A DNA stretch of 64,000 nucleotides from Squalus acanthias (Eukaryota): assembly GCA_030390025.1 (NCBI GenBank), contig CM059431.1:127846001-127910000 (forward strand). The letters are read 5' to 3'. Made by a program: the position numbers and the translations under genes. This document shows, piece by piece, positions 1 to 13,684 of the stretch. The notes beneath the pieces are model-generated. The model did no database searches, was not told the DNA's origin, and saw only the letters and a program-made list of their open reading frames with translations. Each line of letters starts with the position of its first letter. The first letter of the stretch is position 1.

Positions 1-661
1 TTTTCAGATGGTGAAGCAAAATATAGACCTGTCACATATTTAATCTATGAATTTTCCAAAATCAATTGTTATTTTGTGTGTGAAATTTAAATCTAAATGG
101 GTTATTAATTGAGAAAACATTTATTTTCCGATAACTGACCAGTTGAGATGCACAATAAAGATATTTCTATCTCACATCCTATATCCTGTGTGGGCCACAA
201 TGATAAAACTAATTTATGTCTACATAAGAATTATGTCAATATTTTGTTCCTTTATTACATATTAAAAATGCAAACTGAATATAAAGGTGGTTTTCAACAT
301 GTGAATATTAATAAGAGATCATGACTGTATATATGGGATGTTAAAATCACCATCTAATAGACTTTGGGGACAACCATTTAATGTGTGATTATGGATATAT
401 ATGGATCCCTTAAAATATTTATTTATAAACATTAGTTATTTGATATATGAAACAGGAATTCTGAGCTCACCCGTCTGGTACTTCATTAAACTCAGAAGTA
501 CATCTAATGTGAGACTGAGAACAGGCCCAAAAATGATCTTTAGTAAACTGTTACTGATATCAAATTCAAACCTTCTGTCAATAGTGGAATTATAAGTTTC
601 CTGACTGTTCATTCTGATTGTAAGCTGTTTCGATGATTGACGTTGGTAATGTAGGATCAAG

Positions 662-768
662 GGGGTAGATTTTGAAGTCAATGGAAATAAAAATCAGGAG
701 ACATGTAAAATGGGCTGTCGACTCGCTATCACCCATTTTACACTATCGCATAAGTCAAGATCCACCCC
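662..768. mobile_element. Tiny Harbinger-type MITE
   Basis: TIRs ggggtagattttga...tcaagatccacccc; 3-bp TSD AAG on both sides. Confidence 0.65.
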
Positions 769-816
769 AAGATGATGGCAGAGTGAAGAGCACACTTAAT
801 TAACTCTAAAGTAATC

Positions 817-2900
817 AGCTCTACCTCACCGCCACCTCTCTCAACCCCTCCACTGTCATTAAGTTGTCAGACTGCTTATCTCACATCCAGTACTGGATGA
901 GAAGAAATTTCCTCCAACTAAATATTGGGAAGACCAAAGTAATTGGCCGGAATTTTCTGGGGTCCGTGCGGGCGTGATTGGAGGTGGGTCAGGTGAGAAA
1001 TTTGAAAAAAGTTGGAGCGGGTCGGGAACCTGCTGTCATCCGTCCCCCATTCGTCTTTCCCTCAGCATGACTGCCAGTGCAGCAGCGACCTGACCAGCAG
1101 AGGCGAGCGGTCTAATTGATATCATTATCAGCTTGTTGTCAGACACTTAAGCACCTTTTTCTCCCTACCTTTCAAATTTCCCTGCATGCCCACGCAGCTC
1201 GGGAACCACATCTGTCAACCTGAGGCGGGAATTGCGTGACATTGCTCCAGCTGATTACTTGACAGCATCAAATATACTATTCCTCAGGCAGAAGCTGTTG
1301 CTAACTACATTGCCAGCACAGATTTATCTTTCTGCAGGCTGCAAGTGTTTTCAGCAAAGTCTCCATCCAGTGTCACCTCTCACCATTGACAGATTTCTTC
1401 TGTCAACTCAACTTGACATGCCATCAATTCCATCAGCATGGGTACCATTTATACTGTCTCACCTTGGTCTTCAGAATCTGACCACGATGAGCCCCAACAC
1501 CAGCAGCACCAGACACACCAGCAGCACCAACAACAACACCACCAACCTGCTCCGCAACCACCTGATGCTGCACAGGACAGAGAGCATCAGGACCTGAGCA
1601 CATTGCTGCCCGGGAGGCCAGGGATGGGCTCATCATGGCCAGATTTACTTACCTTTATGCTGTACACCCATATGGCTGCCACATGTTGCACCAGGTTGGC
1701 ACCACCCCACAGCAACACCATAAAGCCTCCCTACAATCACAGCACCATTGCTGGAGGTACCGTTAAGTCTCACCATTCACTGCAACTCACTAAGCCACTT
1801 CCAAAGATGCACACAAATTTCTCCAAGAACGGAAAGTGGTGAAAATAAAGATTTTTATTTTTGAGATCACATTAACGGAAACTTGACATTAACACTGAAT
1901 AAAACACTCAAGTGGCTACCCTTGTGAATCTACTTGTGTGTCATCTCTCTTTTTTACGAGGTGCTACCCCTCATGGATGACGTCATCAGACGCGCACCAT
2001 TTAATTGGGCCAGGTAACCCGCTGGGCAGGCTTAATAGGCCAATTAGTGCAAAGTTGTTTTCTGGAGTGGGATGGAAGCAGCAATGGGGTCATGAAAGGC
2101 CACCTGCACCCGACCCACCCAGGTACAGAAAATTCTGCCCATTGTCTTTGGTTCCTGACACAAACTCCATTCTCTAGCCATTGACTCCAACTCTCTCCGT
2201 GCCAATGTCTGAGGCTGAACCAGACTGTTCACAACCTTGGTGTTGAGATGAGCTTCTGACTACATATATGTGCCATCACTAAGACCGCCTACTCCCACCT
2301 CCATAACAGCGCCCAACTCCGCCCCTGCCTCAGCTCATCTGTGGTTTAAACCCTCATCCATGCCTTTGCTACCACTAGACTTGAATATCCCAATGCACTC
2401 CTGACCAGCCTCCCATCTTCCACCTTCTATATATTTAAGCTCATCCAAAACTCTGCTGCCCATATCCTAACTCGCACCAATTCCCGTTCACCCATCACTG
2501 ACCTACATTGGCTCCCGGTCGAGCAATGCTTCGATTTTAAAATTTTCATCCTCGTTTTCAAATCCATCCATGGCTTCATCCCTCCCTATCTTTGTAACGT
2601 CCTCCTGCCCTACAATTCTCCAAGATATCTGCACTCCTCCAATTCTGCCCTCTTGCGCATCCCCAATTTTAATCTCTCCACCATTGGCAGCCGTGCCTTC
2701 AGCTGCCGAAGCCCTAGACTCTGAACTTCCCTCCCTAACCCTCTCCGCCTCTCTGCTTCGCTTTCCTCCTTTAAGACGCTCCTTAAAACCTACCTCTCAT
2801 CTGCCCTAATATCTCCTCATGTGGCTCGGTGTCAAATTTTGTTTGATAATTCTCCTGTGATGTGCCTTGGGACATTTTACTATGTTGTTGTTGTTGTTGT
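817..2900 (+). mobile_element. L2 LINE 3' fragment, interrupted by a Harbinger element at 945-2140
   Basis: Degenerate RT C-terminus (…WMRRNFLQLNIGKTK…, LHWLPV..RFDFKI); (gtt)n tail at ~2884-2900; sequence is continuous across the insertion. Confidence 0.75.
945..2140. mobile_element. Non-autonomous PIF/Harbinger element
   Basis: TIRs ggccggaattttctg / cagaaaattctgccc; TSD ATT; internal cagcaccaacaac-rich segment shared in reverse orientation with 47660-49468. Confidence 0.8.
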
Positions 2901-2997
2901 TTTAAAATCTTCTCATCTATTACAGGTCGGCATGCAATAACATTATAGCTAGTGTGTGTGTGGTACAGAGGTCTGAATAAAGTTAAAGAAGAACTAT

Positions 2998-3184
2998 AGG
3001 GTAGATTTGAACTTTCACCCCTGGGCTGTAATCTCAGCATTGCAGATTGGCTGAGCATTATACACGCTGCTGAGTTTCCTTTCTATTGTCTTCAATGGAA
3101 AGGAAAATTGTGCGGTGTGTATAATGGGCGGCCAATCCACTACTGCCAGTTTCCTGCCTCGCAGTGGGCATTAAAATCCACCCC
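2998..3184. mobile_element. Short Harbinger-type MITE
   Basis: Ends gggtagatttgaa / ttaaaatccacccc, similar to 662-768; TSD not clear. Confidence 0.5.
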
Positions 3185-3734
3185 GTACACCTATTTTACC
3201 AAATTACTGCGGCTGTTTTTTTTCTTTCTTAGTTTACCATTTCAGCAGCAACATAGTTCTAATTCAATTGTTTTAAATCTTTGGAGTAATGGTTGACATC
3301 TTTGTGTCACAACTAGTGAATGAATCACATCTGATTAAGTCAGCCAGAATCATGATTAAACTTTACGCTCAATTTTCAATAACCCACTGGGAGGAATTTA
3401 AATAAAATCACAGACCGCACCGATGATTTTCCCAGTTTACAAGATTGACAATAGCCAAGTCTGCCCCTGCCAGGCGTGGGTGGAGCATTCTTTGGCAGGG
3501 CCCTCATGGGCTCCCTAACCCAGAGGATGTCGGCCAAGAGCAACTCAACAGTCGGAGCAGGGATCTGAGCAGCCTGCCTCTACCTTTGCTGAAGCCACAG
3601 GGGTTTCACCACGTAGGAGTTGTACAAAAGGAAGAGTAAGGCTTTGTATTCGCAGACGGGTATGCACAATGGTGTATGAGAAAATGTTGTGTTGATAAGT
3701 TTCTGTTGTTTATTTAGGTCACATACATATTAAT

Positions 3735-4466
3735 GGAACTGAATTTGCGGTCGGAAGCTTCCTGCAGGCAAATGCCTCCGAACCACAAGAAAAGTATGAA
3801 CCTACCTGGTGGTCCCAGAGGTTCGAACAATCTGCTCCTGGGCCTCTACGCGTACACATACATAAAGGCCCACATATCCCAGGGGAGCAGGCGGGTCACA
3901 AGTGTCCCTGGGATCATGTGGCCCAGGCCAAGCAATCAAAAAGGGGATCCCCATTATGCTTATGAAGATTCCATTTACATTAAGAATCCCCATAAGCATG
4001 AATAGGAATCCCCTAAAAAAACACAATTAAACACCAGATAAATAAAAATAAATCATTACATGTTCAAAATTAATTCAAATACAATTAAATTAAACATTTA
4101 AAACAAAAATGTAATTTTTTGAAAAATAAATTTATATGTTTTAAAGGAGCTAAAAATAACCAACTAATTTTAAAGGTTTTTTTAAGTTTAAATAATTTTG
4201 AAAAATTCTTTTAATATTTATTTAAACTCTTAAAGAAGGCCTTACGCCTGCTTTTACCAGGTGTAAGGGTTTCGTGGGCATTCGCTGGGCAGTAGTTGGT
4301 CTCCTCCAGTGAATGTCCATTTCCCGGGGATGGGGTGGATCAGTCAAGCTGAAACTCGACAGATCGCAAGTTCCGGGATTTCGCGCATGCGCAGCACACA
4401 CGAAAAGCCGGAAATTGCGGGGCACTTACGCCCATGTATGCACCATGTACGCAGTCATCGGCCCCG
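3735..4466. mobile_element. MITE with GC-rich ends and AT-rich core, related to 56215-56724
   Basis: Left end gaatttgcggtcggaagcttcctgcagg is similar to 56215 onward; same AT-rich core architecture. Confidence 0.6.
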
Positions 4467-4739
4467 GAAAAGCCAGGCCATTATTTTGCACCATTTTCCT
4501 GTCATGTCCATTCCTGTATGCTGGGTGGTAAGTTGCCTTTTAACTTGTTTGATGATGAATGGGAAGACATGAATTGATGTGGACTAATGGCGGGATGTTC
4601 AAAGGTGGTTGGTTGTTTGCAGGACTGCTTTGTGTCAGTGTCATTGCGGGGGGGTTGGTGGGGTAGTGGTAAGAGTGGCCATTGCATTTTCCTGTGACAT
4701 GGGTCCACTGGTGCAACCTAAGTTAACTTTGCATTAATA

Positions 4740-5680
4740 AGGGTGCCCCTGGCATCCCAGGCAGCAATGTGAGCAGCTGGGGATGCAATGCCCTCATCGC
4801 TATCCTCCACCTCATCTTTTTCCTCCTCCTCCTCCCTCTCTGTATCATTCAAAGAGGATCTGAGCTCTTCGCCTATTCCTCCTGCAGGTCTAAGCCTCGC
4901 TGCTGAGCAATATTGTACAGAACACAGCAAGCCGCATCCCTGGCTGGTGCATACTGAATGATGCCTCCAGATCTGTCTAGGCACCTGAAGCACTTCTCCA
5001 GCCTGCCGATGGCTTGTTCAATCAAGGTGGTCGTATGGCATTCATTGTAGCACTTTTAGGCTTCATTGGTCAGGTTTCTGACAGATACCATCAGCCAAAA
5101 CCGAAGTGGGTATCCTATGCCTCCTAGCAGCCACCTTTGAAGTCTGCTTGCAGGTCCGAAGACGTCAGGGAGCTTGAATTGCTGCAGAATCATGGCAGCT
5201 CCCCGGGAATCTTGTGCACACCTACATAAAGATCTTTCTGTGGTTGCATACCAGCTGCACATTGATGGCGTGGCAGCCCTTGCAGTTGGCAAATACTCCT
5301 GAATGATCTGGGGGGGTGCCCTGATTGCCACGTCTGTGCAGTTGATGATGCCTTGCACCGCAAACCCGAAAGCCCGCTCATGCTGATTGGCATCATCACA
5401 GGCGAAGTTGACATAATTGCCGGCCCTGTCTTATGCATTTGTGGGCCGCCAACTGGGAGATCCTGGAAATGTCTCCGGCAGAGCCCTGGAAGGATCCGAA
5501 GGCTAAAAAGTTGAGGGCGGTGATGACTTTGACAGCCACTAGTAAAGCAGGACCACCAGGTGCAGAAGGGAGCAGGTCTTCTTCTAGGAGGCTACAGATA
5601 TCTGCCACCACGTGACGTGACTACCTGAGCCTCCTGAGACACTGCTGTTTAGACATGTCAAGGAAACTGAGCATTCAGCC
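4740..5680 (-). pseudogene. Harbinger (HARBI1-like DDE) transposase remnant
   Basis: Frameshifted peptides VAVKVITALNFLAFGSFQGSAGDI, QGIINCTDVAIRAP, WLLGGIGYPL and an acidic C-terminus. Confidence 0.85.
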
Positions 5681-6622
5681 TAACATGCTCGATTTAAATG
5701 TGCTTCCCGTTGCGCTGTCAATTCCTTGGTTTGTAACCCCACCCGTACCCAAACTCACACGTTCTTCAATGTTAAAATTTCCCCCCAATATATCCTCCGT
5801 TTCTAAGATGTATATCCCAAAAAATCTTTTCTTCTAAATTGATACATGAAATATTCTCGGTGATTCCTGTTCTTCCTGTTTTCAGTATTGCTAGTGGTTA
5901 ATTTCTTCATTGTTTGTTTTAATCTAGAATCTCCGATCATCAGCAGTTATATCATTATTGCATGCCGAGGGGTGACATTCCATTGTGTAACTTGAGCAAC
6001 TTGTTGACTAAAATTAGCAGCGTCAGGAACTTCATACCTGGATCATAATAATAATAATGACTTAAAGCATTGCTCACTGTTACAAAAAACCTTTCTGTTA
6101 CACAGCGTAAAATCTGACTTGATCAGTCAATGCAATTGTAAAACTCTGCACACAAATAACTATGCCTATAGATTATAAAACTGTTGACTATCCTATCATA
6201 ATATTCATAATTAACTTCACAAGAAAAAAACAAATGTTGTTCATTAATGTTAGCTTAAGGTCATGGTCAATTTATGAGGCAGAATTATTTAAATTTAAAA
6301 AGACTATAAGGAACTTTACAATAAAAGTTATAAGGTTAGAAATTTGAGTTGGCAATATCAGTACTTAACATGCTGACTGGACAGTCCTCTATCTAATATT
6401 TCAATGTGATTTAATCTGTTTATTTTAAATGGGTTAACCACAGTGGATAGAGGAATGCCATACAAATGCATTAAACTAACAGTAATTTCTAAACTAAAAT
6501 TGATGAAATTAAGAGTTACGAATAGACAAATAAACAAACACACAAATAGATAGGAATCACCAAAGTAAGTAGATTTTATAAATTGATGCTTTTGTACTAA
6601 TGAAATGGTAACTTTTCTTACT

Positions 6623-7860
6623 GTGTCAGCTGTGGCTCAGTGGGTAAGACTCTCGCCTCTGAGTCAGAAGGTTGTGGGTTCACAGTCCCACTCCAGGGAC
6701 TTGAGCACATAAATCTAGGCTGACACTCCAGTGCAGTGTTGCGGGAGTGCTGCACTGTTGGAGGTGCCATCTTTCGGATGAGACATTAAACCGAGGCCCC
6801 GTCTGCTCTCTCAAGTGGACGTAAAAGATTCCATGGTACTATTTCGAAGAAGAGCAGGGGAGATATCCCCGGTGTCCTGGCCAATATTTATCCCACAATC
6901 AACATCACTAAAACAGATTGGGCCAGAAATTCGGCTCTTGTCGGGTGAGTACGCGCTGTGTACTCACCCGTAAGGCCACCTGAAGTGCCAGTTTCACGCA
7001 TGCACTGCGCAAGCGCAGGAAAACAGAACTTCCGTTCCCCTGAAGGAAGGGGTTCAGAAGTCGAACGCATGCGCGGGAGAGGCAGCGTGCATGCAGCGAA
7101 CTTCGGTTTTTTTTCAGGTTTCTCCGTGAGGCTAAGTATGGAGAAGCTGCACTTTTAAAAAGGAGGTGCAAGGCCTGTTTTTAACAAGGTAAGTGGTTAA
7201 TTAATTACAATTTAAACATTTTTTCAACAGGTTTATCTTTTTTACATACTTTAAAGAAAGGTAAGTTTATTTTTAGCACCGTTAAAAAGTGTAATTAATT
7301 TTTTCAAAAATTAAAATTTTTCTTTAATGTAGTTAATTTATGTAATTTATAGTTATTTTAAAAATGTGATGTTTTTTTAAAATTTATTTGAATTTTTAGT
7401 GTGGCTTTGGGGCCGATCTCTATTCATAGATTTGACAGGTCTTCCTGTCAAATCTATGAATGAAAATTCCCTGCTAGGATTGGCTCTCCATGGCCCACGT
7501 GATCCCAGGGAACGCTTCGAACTAACTGCGCCCCTGGGACACGCAAGCACTGCGCGCCGGCAGCTGCAGGAGGCCCAGGACCCGAATTCCTCGTGGGCCC
7601 GAAGCACAACGGCAGACGCGGTAGGTAAGTACGCGTGCGATGCTTACACCTGCAGGAAGCCGGAGAGCTGAATTTCTGGCCCATTATCTGGTCATTATCA
7701 CATTTTTTGTTTCTGGGAGCTTGCTGTGCACAAATTGGCTGCTGCATTTCCCACCATCATATTACAACAGTGACTACACTCCAAAAGTATTTCATTTGCT
7801 ATAAAGTACTTTGAGATGTCCGGTGGTCATGGAAGGCGCTATATAAATGCATGTCTGTCT
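6623..7860 (+). mobile_element. tRNA-derived Deu-domain SINE (SacSINE1/AmnSINE-like), split by a MITE
   Basis: tRNA head (tggctcagtggg A box, ggttca B-box-like); Deu-like core ggaggtgccatctttcggatgagacattaaaccgaggcccc; L2-type tail aaggcgctatataaatgca. Confidence 0.8.
6920..7682 (+). mobile_element. Harbinger MITE family A, copy 1
   Basis: TIR gggccagaaattc / gaatttctggccc; TSD ATT; five homologous copies in the window. Confidence 0.9.
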
Positions 7861-8560
7861 TTTTGATAAAGGTGCAGATTGCTATTCCAGTTGAATTCAT
7901 AATACATGAATGTGTTTGTTTACACCATTGGTGAACTGGTTTGACAATTGAACTAATAAGCTATACCACATCCAGACAGTAAATTTAAAGTGTTATTGTG
8001 CAAAGCTATTCGGCATTACACCCAGGAGACACTGCACAGATGAGACCACACATTTATAACATTTTTTAACAACTATGCAATCCCACAAGATTACATTAAC
8101 ATTCACCTCAGCTAAATACACTGATAATGTTCAACAGCTCAGCTGCTGACAGGTGAAAGTTCTGAAGTAAATTGGGTTACTCTATTTTTATGGCCACAAT
8201 TGATTATGTCTTTTGCAATGAGATACTCTGGCTTGTTCATGATGTGACTAGTAAATGAGAGTAAAACAGTTACTTTACGAGTGTCAGTAATTTTTATACT
8301 GATTAGCATCAGTATAAAATTTTTAAAAGGCTCAAAAATGAACTTGTATGTTCTTAGTCCTAATTTTATTAAATGTTTAACACAGCATGAAACATTTCCT
8401 CCAATAATTTGAATATACAAGTTTAGCTAATCATCAGCAGGATTAGAAGGATCAACTTAAGTAACATGCTATCTTTAGCTGTTATAAAAGGATAGTAATG
8501 ACACTAACATTTACTTCCAACAGCAGAATAGGGAACATGATAGAATTTGCAGCAGTAATG

Positions 8561-8720
8561 GGGGGCATTTTAACCCCCAAAAACGGGTGGGTTTGGGTCG
8601 GGTAGGATATGAAGATTTTAAAAATCTCAAACCTAACCCCAACTCGTCCACTTCCAGTTATAACAGAGGTGAGGAGGGCAACCAACCTGCTCCCAGTAGG
8701 CAGGTTTGTCATTTAAATAT
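8561..8720. mobile_element. MITE terminal fragment, related to 54664-55353
   Basis: ggggcattttaacccc…gggtgggtttgggtcgggt is the reverse complement of the right end of the 54.7-55.35 kb MITE. Confidence 0.5.
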
Positions 8721-9247
8721 TATAAAAAGGCCGTGTACCTCAATTTTAGGCTGTGTTTATTTGCAACACCAGTGGGTTGGACAAGACTTATGATTGGTCC
8801 CCTTGGAGAACAAGACACACCAAACAGTTTGTCTGGGATGTGGATTTTTTATCCTGCCTGCTGTAGACAACCCTGCAATGTAAAACTTGATCCAGTCTTA
8901 TCAGACAGCCTATAAAAAGTGAAACTTTAGTTAGCTTTGTGAAGATCCTCTGTTATCAAGTGTTCTGTAATTGTAATTATAGTTGTCTTTGGCTGTTCAA
9001 TTAAAAAACTTTATACTCTAATTAATGGACTACTTACTTCTTTGGAGATTTTTTTGTTTCCTTCTGGAAGTGATAAAAATTATTTAATTCAGAATGAAGG
9101 GACCAAGGTCATGATGACAACTTTAAGAAATGCTCATTAAAATAGGAAATGGTAAAAATAAAGTGCAAATACTCAATGGCCTCCGGATCTCAGGTAGTGC
9201 TACTGTAGCAGGAAGATAGTGAAGTTTTGCCAAAAAATAAACCAATA

Positions 9248-9352
9248 GGTGTGGGTGTGCGGGTGCATGTGTGGGGTGCATGTGTGTGGGGTGCGTGTGT
9301 TGCATATTTGTGGGTGCTTGTGTGGGGTGTCTATGTGTGGGGTGCATGTGTG
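9248..9352. repeat. GT-rich degenerate microsatellite
   Basis: Repeated tgtgtggggtgca units. Confidence 0.8.
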
Positions 9353-9354
9353 TA

Positions 9355-9523
9355 TCTAACCTTCTGACACACCAGAAAGTTCACACTGGGGAGAGGCCAT
9401 TCACCTGCTCCGTGTGTGGGAAGGGATTGACTTAGTCATCCAACCTACTGATACACCAGCGAGTTCACACTGGGGAGAGGTCTTTCAGTGCTCAGTGTGT
9501 GAGAAAGGATTCACTAATTCATC
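9355..9523 (+). pseudogene. C2H2 zinc-finger array fragment (~2 fingers)
   Basis: Translates [42 protein letters not shown]…CSVCEKGFTNSS; TGERPF-type linkers; one stop and one frameshift. Confidence 0.85.
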
Positions 9524-9694
9524 CGGTTGGAAGAACGTGATCCATGTATAACAGAAGAGGGAGAACGTGATCCATCTTCCCATCTGGATCACCTTCTCAC
9601 TCTCATCCCCGCCCGCCCCCCCCCCCCACCCATTAGACCTGGATCACATTCTTTCGCCATCCCCACTGTTGTCTCCGTACTCTAACCCACCTCC

Positions 9695-9900
9695 ACCCCT
9701 GAGTTCCAGACCTTCTCCTCACCCTTTGAATTCCTAATCTTCATCCCCCAAATACTTGACCTTCTCCCCCAAGTTCCTGACCTTCTCCCCATCCCGAGTT
9801 CTTGACCTACTCCCCCCATGAGTTCCTGACCTCCCCCCGCAACGAGTTCCTGGCCATCTGCCCCTGAGTTCCTGACCTAACCACCTCTGAGCTCCTCTCC
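9695..9900. repeat. C-rich minisatellite-like repeat
   Basis: Repeated gagttcctgacct(t)ctcccc units. Confidence 0.6.
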
Positions 9901-10712
9901 TCTCCCCCCAGCTCCTCTTTTTTAATTAATTCATGCAATGTGGGCGTCGCTGGCAAGGCCAGCATTTATTGCCCATCCCTAATTGCCCTTGAGAAGGTGG
10001 TGGTGAGCCGCCTTCTTGAACCACTGCACTCCGTGTAGAGAAGGTACTCCCATAGTGCTGTTAGGGAGTGTGTTCTAGGATTTTGACCCAGCGACGATGA
10101 AGGAATGACAATATATTTCCAAGTCAGGATGGTGTGTGACTTGGAGGGAAACTTGGATGTGATGGTGCTCCCATGGTCTTGCTGCCCTTGTCCTTCTAGG
10201 TGGTAGAGGTCAGGATTTGGGAGGTGCTGTCGAAGAAGCCTTGGCAAGTTGATGCAGTGCATCTTGTAGATGGTAAACACTGCAGCCACTGTGCGCTGGT
10301 GGTGGAGGTAGTGAATGTTTAAGGTGGTGGATGGGGTGCCGATCAAGTGGGCTGCTTTGTCCTGGATGGTATCGAGCTTCTTGAGTGAAGCGGCACTATC
10401 CAAGCAAGTGGACAGTATTCCATCACACTCCTGACTTGTGCCTTGTAGATTGTGGAAAGGCTTTGGGGAGTCAGGAGGTGAGACACTCGCTGCAGAATAC
10501 CCAGCCTCTGACCTGCTCTTGTAGCCACAGTATTTATATGGCTGGTCCAGTTAAGTTTCTGGTCAATGCTTACCCCCAGGATGTTGATGGTGGGGGATTT
10601 GACGATTGTAATGCCGTTGAATGTCAAGGGGCAATGGTTAGAGTCTCTCTTGTTGGAGATAGTCATCGCCTGGTACTTGTGTGGTGTGAATGTTACTTGC
10701 CACTTGTCACCC

Positions 10713-13684
10713 TTGTAACAAACCGCGAAGAAACACAATAATAAGAATGAAACTGGACGGACCATCCGGCATCAACCTCTGCACCGGCTATGGACACGGC
10801 AACGGCACACCCAGCCCAGTCGACCTTGCAAAGTCCTCCTCACCAACATCTGGGGACTTGTGCCAAAATTGGGAGAACAGTCCCACAGACTAGTCAAGCA
10901 ACAGCCTGACATATTCATACTCACAGAATCATACCTTTCAGCCAATGTCCCAAACTTTTCCATCACCATCCCTGGCTAGGTCCTGTCCCACCGGCAGGAC
11001 AAAACCACCAGTGGTGGCGGCACAGTGGTATACAGTTGGGAAGGAGTGGCCCTGGGAGTCCTGAGCATTGACTTCGGACCCCATGAAGTCTCATGGCTTC
11101 AGGTCAGGCATGGGCAAGGAAACCTCCTGCTGATTACCACCTACTGCCCTCCCTCAGCTGATGAATCAGTACTCCTCCATGTTGAACACCACTTGGAAGA
11201 AGCACTGAGAGTAGCAAAGGCACAGAATGTACTCTGGGTGGGGGACTTCAATGTCCATCACCAAGAGTGGCTTGGTAGCACCACTACTGACCGAGCTGGC
11301 CGAGTCCTGAAGGACATAGCTGCCAGTCTGGGCCAGCGACAGGTGATGAGAGAACCAACACTAGGGAAAAACCTACTTGACCTCATCCTCACCAATCTAA
11401 CTCTCGCAGACGCATCTGTCCATGACAGTATTGGTAGCAGCGACCACCGTACAGTCATTGTGGAGACAAGGTCCCGTCTTCATACTGAAGACACCCTCCA
11501 TCATGTTGTGTGGCACTACCACCGTGCTAAATGGGATAGATTCACAACAGATCAAGCAGCTCAAAATTGGGCATCCATGAGGCGCTGTGGGCCATCAGCA
11601 GCAGCAGAAATGTATTCCACCACAACCTGTAACCTCATGGCCTGGCATATTCCCTCACTCTACCATTACCATCAATGCTGGGGACCAACTCTGGTTCAAT
11701 AAGGAGTGTAGAAGAGCATGCGAGGAGCAGCACCAGGCGTACCTAAAAATGAGGTGCCAACCTGGGGAAGCTGCAACACAAGACTACATGCATGCTAAAA
11801 AGCGGAAGCAGCATGCTATAGACAGGGCTAAGCAATCCAACAATCAACGGATCAGATCAAAGCTCTGCAGTCCTGCCACATCCAGTCGTGAATGGTGATG
11901 GACCATTAAGCAACTAATGGGAGGAGGAGGCTCCATGAATAACCCCACCCTCAATGATGGTGGAGCCCAGCACTTGAGTGCAAAAGACAAGGCTGAAGCG
12001 TTTGCAACTATCTTCAGCCAGAAGTGCCGAGTGAATGATCCATATCGGCCTCCTCCTGAGGTCCCCACCATCACAGAAGCCAGTCTTCAGCCAATTCCAT
12101 TCACTCCACGTGATATCAAGTAACGGCTGAGCGCACTGGAAACAGCAAATGCTATGGGCCCTGACAACATCCCGGCTGTCGTGTTGAAGACTTGTGCCCC
12201 AGACCTAGCCGCGCCTCTAGCCAAACTGTTCCAGTACAGCTACAACACTGGCATCTATCCGACAATGTGGAAAACTGCCCAGGTATGTCCTGTCCACAAA
12301 AAGCAGGACAAATCCAACCTGGCTAATTACCGCCCCATCAGTCTCCTCTCAATCATCAGCAAAGTCATGGAAGGTGTCATTGAAAGTGCTATCAAGCGGC
12401 ATTTACTCACCAATAACCTGCTCATTGATGCCCAGTTTGGGTTCCGCCAAGGTCACTCGGCTCCCGACCTCATTACAGCCTTGGTCCAAACATGGACAAA
12501 GGAGCTGAATTCCAGAGATGAGGGGAGAGTGACTGCCATTGGCATCAATGCAGCATTTGACCGAGTGTGGCATCAAGGAGCCCTAGTAAAAGGAATCGGG
12601 GGGAAAATGCTCCACTGGCTGCAGTCATACGTAGCACAAAGGAAGATGGTTGTGGTGGTTGAAGGTCAGTCATCAAAGCTCCAGGACATCGCTGCAGGAG
12701 TTCCTCAGGGCAGTGTCCTAGGCCCAACCATCTTCAGCTGCTTCATCAATGACCTTCCCTCCAACATAAGGTCAGAAATGGGGATGTTCGCTGATGACTG
12801 CACAGTGTTCAGCGCTATTCACAACTCCTCAGATAACAAAGCAGTCCATGCCCACGTGCAACAAGACCTGGACGACGTTCAGGCTTGGACTAAGTGGCAG
12901 GTAACATTTGCGCCACAGAAGTGCCAGGCAATGATTGTCTCCAACAAGCGAGAGTCTAACCACCTCCCCTTGACATTCAACAGCATTACCATTGCCGAAT
13001 TCCCCACCATCAACATCCTGGTGGTCACCATTGTCCAGAAACTTTACTGGACCAGCCACATAAGTGGCAACAAGAGCAGGTCAGAGGCTAGATATTCTGC
13101 AGTGAGTGTCTCACTTCCTGACTCCCCAAAGCCTTTCCACCATCTACAAGGCACAAGTAAGGAGTGTGATAGAATACTCTCCACTTGCCTGGATGAGTGC
13201 AGCTCCAACAACACTCAAGAAGCTCGACACTATCCAGGACAAAGCAGCCCGTTTGATTGGCACCCTATCCACCACCTTAAACATTCACTCCCTCCACCAC
13301 CACCGCACTATGGCTGCAGTGTGTACCATCTACAAGATGCACTGCAGCAACGCATCAAGGCTTCTTCGGCAGCACCTCCCAAACCCGCGACCTCTTCCAC
13401 CTAGAAGGACAAGGGCAGCAGGCGCATGGGAACACCACCACCTCCAAGTTCCCCTCCAAGTCACATACCATCCTAACTTAGAAATATATCGCCGATCCTT
13501 CATCGTCGCTTGGTCAATATCCTGGAACTCCCTACCTAACAGCATTGTGGGAGTACCTTCACCACACGGACTGCAGCGGTGCAAGAAGGCAGCTCACCAC
13601 CACCTTTTCAAGGGCAATTAGGAATGGGCAATAAATGCTGGTCTTGCTAGTGATGCCCACATCAAATAAGCGAATAAAAAAAAA
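10713..13684 (+). mobile_element. CR1/Zenon-like LINE, near-complete APE-RT ORF (disrupted)
   Basis: ORFs 11025-11702 (endonuclease: GDFNVHH, SDH), 12154-13404 (RT: YRPISLL, QFGFR, QGSVLGP, FADD) and 13106-13621; poly-A at 13676-13684. Confidence 0.92.

Noticed and set aside
1232..1842. Gln/His- and Thr/Asn-rich ORFs as host genes
   Set aside because: They lie inside a TIR/TSD-bounded Harbinger derivative and come from its cagcaccaac repeats.
6623..6700. Functional tRNA gene
   Set aside because: It is the tRNA-derived head of a SINE, continuing into the Deu core and L2-type tail; no complete cloverleaf is evident.
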